From: Balanoglossus misakiensis
Taxonomy: Eukaryota > Animalia > Hemichordata
Assembly (NCBI GenBank): GCA_040954595.2
Contig: CM082586.2
Location: 10,199,337 to 10,263,336 of the forward strand
Reading direction: 5' to 3'
Length of the DNA: 64,000 bases
A program made the position numbers and the translations under genes. This document shows positions 37,401-52,100 of this stretch, one piece after another. The notes beneath the pieces were generated by a model, which was not told the DNA's origin, did not search any database, and saw only the letters and a program-made list of their open reading frames with translations. How positions within the stretch are numbered: position 1 is the first letter of the stretch; each line of letters begins with the position of its first letter.

Positions 37401-39739
37401 TACAGAGTCTAGTGGAAAACGTTCTTATGCGCATAGGCCTATATATGTGTTCTGCGCATCACAAAAGAATTTTGTAAACAAACGAGGCTGTGTTTGAAAG
37501 CAACCATGGACATTTTAGAACTATCTCTCGATCTACAGAGTCTATAGTGGAAAACTTTCTTATGCACATAGGCCTATCTATGTGTTCTGTGCCTCACAAC
37601 AGAATTCGGTAAATAAACGAGGCTGTTTGGAAGCAACCATGGAAATTTTAGAACTATCCGTCGATCTACAGAGTCTAGTGGAAAACGTTCTTAAGCGCAT
37701 AGGCCTATATATGTGTTCTGCGCATCACAACAGAATTTTGTAAACAAACGAGGCTGTGTTTGGAAGCAACCATGGAAATTTTAGAACTATCTCTCGATGT
37801 ACAGAGTCTATAGTGGAAAACTTTCTTATGCACATATGCCTATCTATGTGTTCTGCGCCTCAAAACAGAATTCCGTAAATAAACGAGGCTGTTTGGAAGC
37901 AAACATGGAAATTTTAGAACTAACTCTCGATCTACAGAGTATAGTGGAAAACGTTCATATGCGCATAGGCCTATCTATGTGTTCTGCGCATCACAACAGA
38001 ATTTTGTAAACAAACCAGGCTTTGTTTGGAAGCAACCATGGACATTTTAGAACTATTCGTCGATCTACGGAGTCTAGTGGAAAACTTTCTTATGCGCATA
38101 GGCATATGTATGTGTTCTACGCATCACAACAGAATTCGGTAAATAAACGAGGCTGTTTGGAAACAACCATGGAAATTTTTGAACTATCCGTTGATCTAAA
38201 GTTGAAAAGTTTTTTATGCGCATAGGCCTATCTATGTGTTCTGCGCCTCACAACAGAAATCGGTAAATAAACGAGGCTGTTTGGAAGCAACCATGGACAT
38301 TTTACAACTATCTCTCGATCTACAGAGTCTATAGTGGAAAACTTTCTTATTCACATATGCCTATCTATGTGTTCTGCGCCTCAAAACAGAATTCCGCAAA
38401 TAAACGAGGCTGTTTGGAAGCAAACATGGAAGTTTTAGAACTATCTCTCGATCTACAGTGTATAGTGGAAAACGTTCATATGCGCATAGGCCTATCTATG
38501 TGTTCTGCGCATCACAACAGAATTTTGTAAATAATCGAGGATGTGTTTGGAAGCAATCATGGAAATTTTAGAACTATCCGTCGATCTACAGAGTCTAGTG
38601 GAAACTTTCTTATGCGCATAGGCATATGTATGTGTTCAGCGCATAACAACAGAATTTTGTAAATGAACGAGGCTGTGTTTGGAAACAACCATGGAAATTT
38701 TACAACTATCCGTCGATCTACGGAGTCTGGTGGAAAACTTTCTTATGCGCATAGGCCTATTACGTGCTCTGCGCCTCACAACAGAATTCGGTAAATAAAC
38801 GAGGCTGTTTGGAAGCAACCATGGAAATTTTAGAACTATCCGTCGATCTACAGAGTCTAGTGGAAAAATGTCTTATGCGCATAGGCCTATCATGTGTTCT
38901 GCGCCTCACAACAGAAATCGGTAAATAAAAGAGGCTGTTTGGAAGCAACCATGGAAATTGTACAACTATCCGTCGATCTACAGAGTCTAGTGGAAAACTT
39001 CCTTATGCGCATAGACCTATTACGTGTTCTGCGCCTCACAACAGAATTCGGTAAATAAACGATGCTGTTTGGAAGCAACCATGGAAATTTTACAACTATC
39101 CGTCGATCTACAGAGTCTGGTGGAAAAATTTCTTATGCGCATAGTCCTATCATGTGTTCTGCGCATCACAACAGAATTCGGTAAATAAACGAGGCTGTTT
39201 GGAAGCAACCATTGAAATTTTAGAACTATCCGTCGATCTACAGAGTCTAGTGGAAAACGTTCTTATGCGCATAGGCCTATCTATGTGTTATGCGCATCAC
39301 AACAGAAATCGGTAAATAAACGAGGCTGTGTTTGGAAGCAACCATGGACATTTTAGAACTATCTCTCGATCTACAGAGTCTATAGTGGAAAACTTTCTTA
39401 TGCACATATGCCTATCTATGTGTTCTGCGCCTCACAACAGAAATCGGTAAATAAACGAGGCTGTTTAAAAGCAACCATGGAAATTTTACAGCTATCCGTC
39501 GATCTACAGAGTCTAGTGGAAACGTTCTTATGCGCATAGGCCTATATATGTGTTCTGCGCATCACAACAGAATTTTGTAAACAAACGAGGCTGTGTTTGG
39601 AAGCAACCATGGACATTTTAGAACTATCTCTCGATCTACAGAGTCTATAGTGGAAAACTTTCTTATGCACATATGCCTATCTATGTGTTCTGCGCCTCAC
39701 AACAGAATTCGGTAAATAAACGAGGCTGTTTGAAAGCAA

Positions 39740-42700
39740 CCATGGAAATTTTAGAACTATCTCTCGATCTACAGAGTCTAGTGGAAAACTTTATTATGCA
39801 CATATGCCTATCTATGTGTTCTGCGCATCACAACAGAAATCGGTAAATAAACGAGGCTGTTTGGAAGGAACCATGGAAATTTTACAACTATCCGTCGATC
39901 TACAGAGTCTGGTGGAAAATTTTCTTATGCGCATAGGCCTATTACGTGCTCTGCGCCTCACAACAGAATTCGGTAAATAAACGAGGCTGTTTGGAAGCAA
40001 CCATGGAAATTTTAGAACTATCCGTCGATCTACAGAGTCTAGTGGAAAAATGTCTTATGCGCATAGGCCTATCATGTGTTCTGCGCCTCACAACAGAAAT
40101 CGGTAAATAAACGAGGCTGTTTGGAAGTAACCATGGAAATTGTACAACTATCCGTCGATCTACAGAGTCTAGTGGAAAACGTTCTTATGCGCATAGGCCT
40201 ATCTATGTGTTATGCGCATCACAACAGAAATCGGTAAATAAACGAGGCTGTATTTGGAAGCAACCATGAAATTTTACAACTATCCGTCGATCTACAGAGT
40301 CTAGTGGAAAAATGTCTCATGCGCATAGGCCTATCATGTGTTCTGCGCCTCACAACAGAAATCGGTAAATAAACGAGGCTGTTTGGAAGCAACCATAGAA
40401 ATTTTACAGCTATCCGTCGATCTACAGAGTCTAGTGGAAACGTTCTTATGCGCATAGGCCTATATATGTGTTCTGCGCATCACAACAGAATGTTGTAAAC
40501 AAACGAGGCTGTGTTTGGTAGCAACCATGGACATTTTAGAACTGTCTCTCGATCTACAGAGTCTATAGTGGAAAACTTTCTTATGCACATATGCCTATCT
40601 ATGTGTTCTGCGCCTCACAACAGAATTCGGTAAATAAACGAGGCTGTTTGGAAGCAACCATGGAAATTTTACAACTATCCGTCGATCTACAGAGTCTAGT
40701 GGAAAACGTTATTATGCGCATAGGCCTATATATGTGTTCTGCGCATCACAACAGAATTTTGTAAACAAACGAGGCTGTGTTTGGAAGCAACCATGGACAT
40801 TTTAGAACTATCTCTCGATCTACAGAGTCTATAGTGGAAAACTTTCTTATGCACATAGGCCTATCTATGTGTTCTGTGCCTCACAACAGAATTCGGTAAA
40901 TAAACGAGGCTGTTTGGAAGCAACCATGGAAATTTTAGAACTATCCGTCGATCTACAGAGTCTAGTGGAAAACGTTCTTATGCGCATAGGCCTATATATG
41001 TGTTCTGCGCATCACAACAGAATTTTGTAAACAAACGAGGCTGTGTTTGAAAGCAACCATGGAAATTTTAGAACTATCTCTCGATGTACAGAGTCTATAG
41101 TGGAAAACTTTCTTATGCACCTATGCCTATCTATGTGTTCTGCGCCTCAAAACAGAATTCCGTAAATAAACGAGGCTGTTTGGAAGCAAACATGGAAATT
41201 TTAGAACTAACTCTCGATCTACAGAGTATAGTGGAAAACGTTCATATGCGCATAGGCCTATCTATGTGTTCTGCGCATCACAACAGAATTTTGTAAACAA
41301 ACCAGGCTTTGTTTGGAAGCAACCATGGACATTTTAGAACTATTCGTCGATCTACGGAGTCTAGTGGAAAACTTTCTTATGCGCATAGGCATATGTATGT
41401 GTTCTACGCATCACAACAGAATTCGGTAAATAAACGAGGCTGTTTGGAAACAACCATGGAAATTTTTGAACTATCCGTTGATCTAAAGTTGAAAAGTTTT
41501 TTATGCGCATAGGCCTATCTATGTGTTCTGCGCCTCACAACAGAAATCGGTAAATAAACGAGGCTGTTTGGAAGCAACCATGGAAATTTTACAACTATCT
41601 CTCGATCTACAGAGTCTATAGTGGAAAACTTTCTTATTCACATATGCCTATCTATGTGTTCTGCGCCTCAAAACAGAATTCCGCAAATAAACGAGGCTGT
41701 TTGGAAGCAAACATGGAAGTTTTAGAACTATCTCTCGATCTACAGTGTATAGTGGAAAACGTTCATATGCGCATAGGCCTATCTATGTGTTCTGCGCATC
41801 ACAACAGAATTTTGTAATCAATCGAGGATGTGTTTGGAAGCAATCATGGAAATTTTAGAACTATCCGTCGATCTACAGAGTCTAGTGGGAAACTTTCTTA
41901 TGCGCATAGGCATATGTATGTGTTCAGCGCATCACAACAGAATTTTGTAAATGAACGAGGCTGTGTTTGGAAACAACCATGGAAATTTTAGAACTATCTC
42001 TCGATCTAAAGTTGAAAAGTTTCTTATGCGCATAGGCCTATTACGTGTTCTGCGCCTCACAACAGAATTCGGTAAATAAACGAGGCTGTTTGGAAGCAAC
42101 AATGGAAATTTTAGAACTATCCGTCGATCTACGGAGTATAGTGGAAAACGTTCATATGCGCATAGGCCTATATATGTGTTCTGCGCATCACAACAGAATT
42201 TTGTAAACAATCGAGGATGTGTTTGGAAGCAATCATGGAAATTTTAGAACTATCCGTCGATCTACAGAGTCTAGTGGGAAACTTTCTTATGCGCATAGGC
42301 ATATGTATGTGTTCAGCGCATAACAACAGAATTTTGTAAATGAACGAGGCTGTGTTTGGAAACAACCATGGAAATTTTACAACTATCCGTCGATCTACGG
42401 AGTCTGGTGGAAAACTTTCTTATGCGCATAGGCCTATTACGTGCTCTGCGCCTCACAACAGAATTCGGTAAATAAACGAGGCTGTTTGGAAGCAACCATG
42501 GAAATTTTAGAACTATCCGTCGATCTACAGAGTCTAGTGGAAAAATGTCTTATGCGCATAGGCCTATCATGTGTTCTGCGCCTCACAACAGAAATCGGTA
42601 AATAAAAGAGGCTGTTTGGAAGCAACCATGGAAATTGTACAACTATCCGTCGATCTACAGAGTCTAGTGGAAAACTTCCTTATGCGCATAGACCTATTAC

Positions 42701-45700
42701 GTGTTCTGCGCCTCACAACAGAATTCGGTAAATAAACGATGCTGTTTGGAAGCAACCATGGAAATTTTACAACTATCCGTCGATCTACAGAGTCTGGTGG
42801 AAAAATTTCTGATGCGCATAGTCCTATCATGTGTTCTGCGCATCACAACAGAATTCGGTAAATAAACGAGGCTGTTTGGAAGCAACCATTGAAATTTTAG
42901 AACTATCCGTCGATCTACAGAGTCTAGTGGAAAACGTTCTTATGCGCATAGGCCTATCTATGTGTTATGCGCATCACAACAGAAATCGGTAAATAAACGA
43001 GGCTGTGTTTGGAAGCAACCATGGACATTTTAGAACTATCTCTCGATCTACAGAGTCTATAGTGGAAAACTTTCTTATGCACATATGCCTATCTATGTGT
43101 TCTGCGCCTCACAACAGAAATCGGTAAATAAACGAGGCTGTTTAAAAGCAACCATGGAAATTTTACAGCTATCCGTCGATCTACAGAGTCTAGTGGAAAC
43201 GTTCTTATGCGCATAGGCCTATATATGTGTTCTGCGCATCACAACAGAATTTTGTAAACAAACGAGGCTGTGTTTGGAAGCAACCATGGACATTTTAGAA
43301 CTATCTCTCGATCTACAGAGTCTATAGTGGAAAACTTTCTTATGCACATATGCCTATCTATGTGTTCTGCGCCTCACAACAGAATTCGGTAAATAAACGA
43401 GGCTGTTTGAAAGCAACCATGGAAATTTTACAACTATCCGTCGATCTACAGAGTCTAGTGGAAAACGTTATTATGCGCATAGGCCTATATATGTGTTCTG
43501 CGCATCACAACAGAATTGTGTAAACAAACGAGGCTGTGTTTGGAAGCAACCATGGAAATTTTAGAACTATCTCTCGATCTACAGAGTCTAGTGGAAAACT
43601 TTATTATGCACATATGCCTATCTATGTGTTCTGCGCATCACAACAGAAATCGGTAAATAAACGAGGCTGTTTGGAAGCAACCATGGAAATTTTACAACTA
43701 TCCGTCGATCTACAGAGTCTGGTGGAAAACTTTCTTATGCGCATAGGCCTATTACGTGCTCTGCGCCTCACAACAGAATTCGGTAAATAAACGAGGCTGT
43801 TTGGAAGCAACCATGGAAATTTTAGAACTATCCGTCGATCTACAGAGTCTAGTGGAAAAATGTCTTATGCGCATAGGCCTATCATGTGTTCTGCGCCTCA
43901 CAACAGAAATCGGTAAATAAACGAGGCTGTTTGGAAGTAACCATGGAAATTGTACAACTATCCGTCGATCTACAGAGTCTAGTGGAAAACGTTCTTATGC
44001 GCATAGGCCTATCTATGTGTTATGCGCATCACAACAGAAATCGGTAAATAAACGAGGCTGTATTTGGAAGCAACCATGAAATTTTACAACTATCCGTCGA
44101 TCTACAGAGTCTAGTGGAAAAATGTCTCATGCGCATAGGCCTATCATGTGTTCTGCGCCTCACAACAGAAATCGGTAAATAAACGAGGCTGTTTGGAAGC
44201 AACCATAGAAATTTTACAGCTATCCGTCGATCTACAGAGTCTAGTGGAAACGTTCTTATGCGCATAGGCCTATATATGTGTTCTGCGCATCACAACAGAA
44301 TGTTGTAAACAAACGAGGCTGTGTTTGGTAGCAACCATGGACATTTTAGAACTATCTCTCGATCTACAGAGTCTATAGTGGAAAACTTTCTTATGCACAT
44401 ATGCCTATCTATGTGTTCTGCGCCTCACAACAGAATTCGGTAAATAAACGAGGCTGTTTGGAAGCAACCATGGAAATTTTACAACTATCCGTCGATCTAC
44501 AGAGTCTAGTGGAAAACGTTATTATGCGCATAGGCCTATATATGTGTTCTGCGCATCACAACAGAATTTTGTAAACAAACGAGGCTGTGTTTGGAAGCAA
44601 CCATGGACATTTTAGAACTATCTCTCGATCTACAGAGTCTATAGTGGAAAACTTTCTTATGCACATAGGCCTATCTATGTGTTCTGTGCCTCACAACAGA
44701 ATTCGGTAAATAAACGAGGCTGTTTGGAAGCAACCATGGAAATTTTAGAACTATCCGTCGATCTACAGAGTCTAGTGGAAAACGTTCTTATGCGCATAGG
44801 CCTATATATGTGTTCTGCGCATCACAACAGAATTTTGTAAACAAACGAGGCTGTGTTTGAAAGCAACCATGGAAATTTTAGAACTATCTCTCGATGTACA
44901 GAGTCTATAGTGGAAAACTTTCTTATGCACATATGCCTATCTATGTGTTCTGCGCCTCAAAACAGAATTCCGTAAATAAACGAGGCTGTTTGGAAGCAAA
45001 CATGGAAATTTTAGAACTAACTCTCGATCTACAGAGTATAGTGGAAAACGTTCATATGCGCATAGGCCTATCTATGAGTTCTGCGCATCACAACAGAATT
45101 TTGTAAACAAACCAGGCTTTGTTTGGAAGCAACCATGGACATTTTAGAACTATTCGTCGATCTACGGAGTCTAGTGGAAAACTTTCTTATGCGCATAGGC
45201 ATATGTATGTGTTCTACGCATCACAACAGAATTCGGTAAATAAACGAGGCTGTTTGGAAACAACCATGGAAATTTTTGAACTATCCGTTGATCTAAAGTT
45301 GAAAAGTTTTTTATGCGCATAGGCCTATCTATGTGTTCTGCGCCTCACAACAGAAATCGGTAAATAAACGAGGCTGTTTGGAAGCAACCATGGAAATTTT
45401 ACAACTATCTCTCGATCTACAGAGTCTATAGTGGAAAACTTTCTTATTCACATATGCCTATCTATGTGTTCTGCGCCTCAAAACAGAATTCCGCAAATAA
45501 ACGAGGCTGTTTGGAAGCAAACATGGAAGTTTTAGAACTATCTCTCGATCTACAGTGTATAGTGGAAAACGTTCATATGCGCATAGGCCTATCTATGTGT
45601 TCTGCGCATCACAACAGAATTTTGTAATCAATCGAGGATGTGTTTGGAAGCAATCATGGAAATTTTAGAACTATCCGTCGATCTACAGAGTCTAGTGGGA

Positions 45701-46310
45701 AACTTTCTTATGCGCATAGGCATATGTATGTGTTCAGCGCATCACAACAGAATTTTGTAAATGAACGAGGCTGTGTTTGGAAACAACCATGGAAATTTTA
45801 GAACTATCTCTCGATCTAAAGTTGAAAAGTTTCTTATGCGCATAGGCCTATTACGTGTTCTGCGCCTCACAACAGAATTCGGTAAATAAACGAGGCTGTT
45901 TGGAAGCAACAATGGAAATTTTAGAACTATCCGTCGATCTACGGAGTATAGTGGAAAACGTTCATATGCGCATAGGCCTATATATGTGTTCTGCGCATCA
46001 CAACAGAATTTTGTAAACAATCGAGGATGTGTTTGGAAGCAATCATGGAAATTTTAGAACTATCCGTCGATCTACAGAGTCTAGTGGGAAACTTTCTTAT
46101 GCGCATAGGCATATGTATGTGTTCAGCGCATCACAACAGAATTTTGTAAATGAACGAGGCTGTGTTTGGAAACAACCATGGAAATTTTACAACTATCCGT
46201 CGATCTACGGAGTCTGGTGGAAAACTTTCTTATGCGCATAGGCCTATTACGTGCTCTGCGCCTCACAACAGAATTCGGTAAATAAACGAGGCTGTTTGGA
46301 AGCAACCATG
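39740..46310. repeat. ~2.8 kb block duplicated at 3810 bp offset
   Basis: ORF pairs 40219/44029, 41084/44894 and 41932/45742. Shared private variants: GGAAGTAA (40127/43937), CCATAGAA (~40397/44207), TGTTGTAA (40491/44301). Confidence 0.88.
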
Positions 46311-49149
46311 GACATTTTAGAACTATCCGTCGATCTACAGAGTCTAGTGGAAAAATGTCTTATGCGCATAGGCCTGTCATGTGTTCTGCGCCTCACAACA
46401 GAAATCGGTAAATAAACGAGGCTGTTTGGAAGCAACCATGGAAATTGTACAACTATCCGTCGATCTACAGAGTCTAGTGGAAAACGTTCTTATGCGCATA
46501 GGCCTATCTATGTGTTATGCGCATCACAACAGAAATCGGTAAATAAACGAGGCTGTATTTTGAAGCAACCATGAAATTTAACAACTATCCGTCGATCTAC
46601 AGAGTCTGGTGGAAAACTTCCTTATGCGCATAGACCTATTACGTGTTCTGCGCCTCACAACAGAATTCCGTAAATAAACGATGCTGTTTGGAAGCAACCA
46701 TGGAAATTGTACAACTATCCGTCGATCTACAGAGTCTAGTGGAAAACGTTCTCATGCGCATAGGCCTATCTATGTGTTATGCGCATCTCAACAGAAATCG
46801 GTAAATAAACGAGGCTGTGTTTGGAAGCAACCATGGACATTTTAGAACTATCTACAGAGTCTATAGTGGAAAACTTTCTTATGCACATATGCCTATCTAT
46901 GTGTTCTGCGCCTCACAACAGAAATCGGTAAATAAACGAGGCTGTTTAAAAGCAACCATGGAAATTTTACAGCTATCCGTCGATCTACAGAGTCTAGTGG
47001 AAACGTTCTTATGCGCATAGGCCTATATATGTGTTCTGCGCATCACAACAGAATTTTGTAAACAAACGAGGCTGTGTTTGGAAGCAACCATGGACATTTT
47101 AGAACTATCTCTCGATCTACAGAGTCTATAGTGGAAAACTTTCTTATGCACATATGCCTATCTATGTGTTCTGTGCCTCACAACAGAATTCGGTAAATAA
47201 ACGAGGCTGTTTGGAAGCAACCATGGAAATTTTACAACTATCCGTCGATCTACAGAGTCTAGTGGAAAACGTTATTATGCGCATAGGCCTATATATGTGT
47301 TCTGCGCATCACAACAGAATTTTGTAAACAAACGAGGCTGTGTTTGGAAGCAACCATGGAAATTTTAGAACTATCTCTCGATCTACAGAGTCTAGTGGAA
47401 AACTTTATTATGCACATATGCCTATCTATGTGTTCTGCGCATCACAACAGAAATCGGTAAATAAACGAGGCTGTTTGGAAGCAACCATGGAAATTTTACA
47501 ACTATCCGTCGATCTACAGAGTCTGGTGGAAAACTTTCTTATGCGCATAGGCATATGTATGTGTTCTACGCATCACAACAGAATTCGGTAAATAAACGAG
47601 GCTGTTTGGAAACAACCATGGAAATTTTTGAACTATCCGTTGATCTAAAGTTGAAAAGTTTTTTATGCGCATAGGCCTATCTATGTGTTCTGCGCCTCAC
47701 AACAGAAATCGGTAAATAAACGAGGCTGTTTGGAAGCAACCATGGAAATTTTACAACTATCTCTCGATCTACAGAGTCTATAGTGGAAAACTTTCTTATT
47801 CACATATGCCTATCTATGTGTTCTGCGCCTCAAAACAGAATTCCGCAAATAAACGAGGCTGTTTGGAAGCAAACATGGAAGTTTTAGAACTATCTCTCGA
47901 TCTACAGTGTATAGTGGAAAACGTTCATATGCGCATAGGCCTATCTATGTGTTCTGCGCATCACAACAGAATTTTGTAAACAATCGAGGATGTGTTTGGA
48001 AGCAATCATGGAAATTTTAGAACTATCCGTCGATCTACAGAGTCTAGTGGAAACTTTCTTATGCGCATAGGCATATGTATGTGTTCAGCGCATCACAACA
48101 GAATTTTGTAAATGAACGAGGCTGTGTTTGGAAACAACCATGGAAATTTTACAACTATCCGTCGATCTACGGAGTCTGGTGGAAAACTTTCTTATGCGCA
48201 TAGACCTATTACGTGCTCTGCGCCTCACAACAGAATTCGGTAAATAAACGAGGCTGTTTGGAAGCAACCATGGAAATTTTAGAACTATCCGTCGATCTAC
48301 AGAGTCTAGTGGAAAAATGTCTTATGCGCATAGGCCTATCATGTGTTCTGCGCCTCACAACAGAAATCGGTAAATAAACGAGGCTGTTTGGAAGCAACCA
48401 TGGAAATTGTACAACTATCCGTCGATCTACAGAGTCTAGTGGAAAACGTTCTTATGCGCATAGGCCTATCTATGTGTTATGCGCATCACAACAGAAATCG
48501 GTAAATAAACGAGGCTGTATTTGGAAGCAACCATGAAATTTTACAACTATCCGTCGATCTACAGAGTCTGGTGGAAAACTTCCTTATGCGCATAGACCTA
48601 TTACGTGTTCTGCGCCTCACAACAGAATTCGGTAAATAAACGATGCTGTTTGGAAGCAACCATGGAAATTGTACAACTATCCGTCGATCTACAGAGTCTA
48701 GTGGAAAACGTTCTTATGCGCATAGGCCTATCTATGTGTTATGCGCATCACAACAGAAATCGGTAAATAAACGAGGCTGTGTTTGGAAGCAACCATGGAC
48801 ATTTTAGAACTATCTCTCGATCTACAGAGTCTGTAGTGGAAAACTTTCTTATGCACATATGCCTATCTATGTGTTCTGCGCCTCACAACAGAATTCGGTA
48901 AATAAACGAGGCTGTTTGGAAGCAACCATGGAAATTTTACAGCTATCCGTCGATCTACAGAGTCTAGTGGAAACGTTCTTATGCGCATAGGCCTATATAT
49001 GTGTTCTGCGCATCACAACAGAATTTTGTAAACAAACGAGGCTGTGTTTGGAAGCAACCATGGACATTTTAGAACTATCTCTCGATCTACAGAGTCTATA
49101 GTGGAAAACTTTATTATGCACATATGCCTATCTATGTGTTCTGCGCCTC

Positions 49150-52100
49150 ACAACAGAATTCGGTAAATAAACGAGGCTGTTTGGAAGCAACCATGGAAAT
49201 TTTACAACTATCCGTCGATCTACAGAGTCTAGTGGAAAACGTTATTATGCGCATAGGCCTATATATGTGTTCTGCGCATCACAACAGAATTTTGTAAACA
49301 AACGAGGCTGTGTTTGGAAGCAACCATGGAAATTTTAGAACTATCTCTCGATCTACAGAGTCTAGTGGAAAACTTTATTATGCACATATGCCTATCTATG
49401 TGTTCTGCGCATCACAACAGAAATCGGTAAATAAACGAGGCTGTTTGGAAGCAACCATGGAAATTTTACAACTATCCGTCGATCTACAGAGTCTGGTGGA
49501 AAACTTTCTTATGCGCATAGGCCTATTACGTGCTCTGCGCCTCACAACAGAATTCGGTAAATAAACGAGGCTGTTTGGAAGCAACCATGGACATTGTACA
49601 ACTATCCGTCGATCTACAAAGTCTAGTGGAAACGTTCTTATGCGCATAGGCCTATCAATGTGTTATGCGCATCACAACAGAAATCGGTAAATAAACGAGG
49701 CTGTATTTGGAAGCAACCATGAAATTTTACAACTATCCGTCGATCTACAGAGTCTAGTGGAAAAATGTCTCATGCGCATAGGCCTATCATGTGTTCTGCG
49801 CCTCACAACAGAAATCGGTAAATAAACGAGGCTGTTTGGAAGCAACCATGGAAATTTTACAGCTATCCGTCGATCTACAGAGTCTAGTGGAAAACGTTCT
49901 TATGCGCATAGGCCTATCTATGTGTTATGCGCATCACAACAGAAATCGGTAAATAAACGAGGCTGTGTTTGGAAGCAACCATGGACATTTTAGAACTATC
50001 TCTCGATCTACAGAGTCTGTAGTGGAAAACTTTCTTATGCACATATGCCTATCTATGTGTTCTGCGCCTCACAACAGAATTCGGTAAATAAACGAGGCTG
50101 TTTGGAAGCAACCATGGAAATTTTACAGCTATCCGTCGATCTACAGAGTCTAGTGGAAAACGTTATTATGCGCATAGGCCTATATATGTGTTCTGCGCAT
50201 CACAACAGAATTTTGTAAACAAACGAGGCTGTGTTTGGAAGCAACCATGGACATTTTAGAACTATCTCTCGATCTACAGAGTCTATAGTGGAAAACTTTC
50301 TTATGCACATATGCCTATCTATGTGTTCTGCGCCTCACAACAGAATTCGGTAAATAAACGAGGCTGTTTGGAAGCAACCATGGAAATTTTACAACTATCC
50401 GTCGATCTACAGAGTCTAGTGGAAAACGTTATTATGCGCATAGGCCTATATATGTGTTCTGCGCATCACAACAGAATTTTGTAAACAAACGAGGCTGTGT
50501 TTGGAAGCAACCATGGAAATTTTAGAACTATCTCTCGATCTACAGAGTCTAGTGGAAAACTTTATTATGCACATATGCCTATCTATGTGTTCTGCGCATC
50601 ACAACAGAAATCGGTAAATAAACGAGGCTGTTTGGAAGCAACCATGGAAATTTTACAACTATCCGTCGATCTACAGAGTCTGGTGGAAAACTTTCTTATG
50701 CGCATAGGCCTATTACGTGCTCTGCGCCTCACAACAGAATTCGGTAAATAAACGAGGCTGTTTGGAAGCAACCATGGAAATTTTAGAACTATCCGTCGAT
50801 CTACAGAGTCTAGTGGAAAAATGTCTTATGCGCATAGGCCTATCATGTGTTCTGCGCCTCACAACAGAAATCGGTAAATAAACGAGGCTGTTTGGAAGCA
50901 ACCATGGAAATTGTACAACTATCCGTCGATCTAAAGAGTCTAGTGGAAAACGTTCTTATGCGCATAGGCCTATCTATGTGTTATGCGCATCACAACAGAA
51001 ATCGGTAAATAAACGAGGCTGTATTTGGAAGCAACCATGAAATTTTACAACTATCCGTCGATCTACAGAGTCTGGTGGAAAACTTCCTTATGCGCATAGA
51101 CCTATTACGTGTTCTGCGCCTCACAACAGAATTCGGTAAATAAACGAGGCTGTTTGGAAGCAACCATGGACATTGTAGAACTATCCGTCGATCTACAAAG
51201 TCTAGTGGAAACGTTCTTATGCGCATAGGCCTATCAATGTGTTATGCGCATCACAACAGAAATCGGTAAATAAACGAGGCTGTATTTGGAAGCAACCATG
51301 AAATTTTACAACTATCCGTCGATCTACAGAGTCTAGTGGAAAAATGTCTCATGCGCATAGGCCTATCATGTGTTCTGCGCCTCACAACAGAAATCGGTAA
51401 ATAAACGAGGCTGTTTGGAAGCAACCATGGAAATTTTACAGCTATCCGTCGATCTACAGAGTCTAGTGGAAAAATGTCTCATGCGCATAGGCCTATCATG
51501 TGTTCTGCGCCTCACAACAGAAATCGGTAAATAAACGAGGCTGTTTGGAAGCAACCATGGAAATTTTACAGCTATCCGTCGATCTACAGAGTCTAGTGGA
51601 AACGTTCTTATGCGCATAGGCCTATATATGTGTTCTGCGCATCACAACAGAATTTTGTAAACAAACGAGGCTGTGTTTGGTAGCAACCATGGACATTTTA
51701 GAACTATCTCTCGATCTACAGAGTCTATAGTGGAAAACTTTCTTATGCACATATGCCTATCTATGTGTTCTGCGCCTCACAACAGAATTCGGTAAATAAA
51801 CGAGGCTGTTTGGAAGCAACCATGGAAATTTTACAACTATCCGTCGATCTACAGAGTCTAGTGGAAAACGTTATTATGCGCATAGGCCTATATATGTGTT
51901 CTGCGCATCACAACAGAATTTTGTAAACAAACGAGGCTGTGTTTGGAAGCAACCATGGAAATTTTAGAACTATCTCTCGATCTACAGAGTCTAGTGGAAA
52001 ACTTAATTATGCACATATGCCTATCTATGTGTTCTGCGCATCACAACAGAAATCGGTAAATAAACGAGGCTGTTTGGAAGCAACCATGGAAATTTTACAA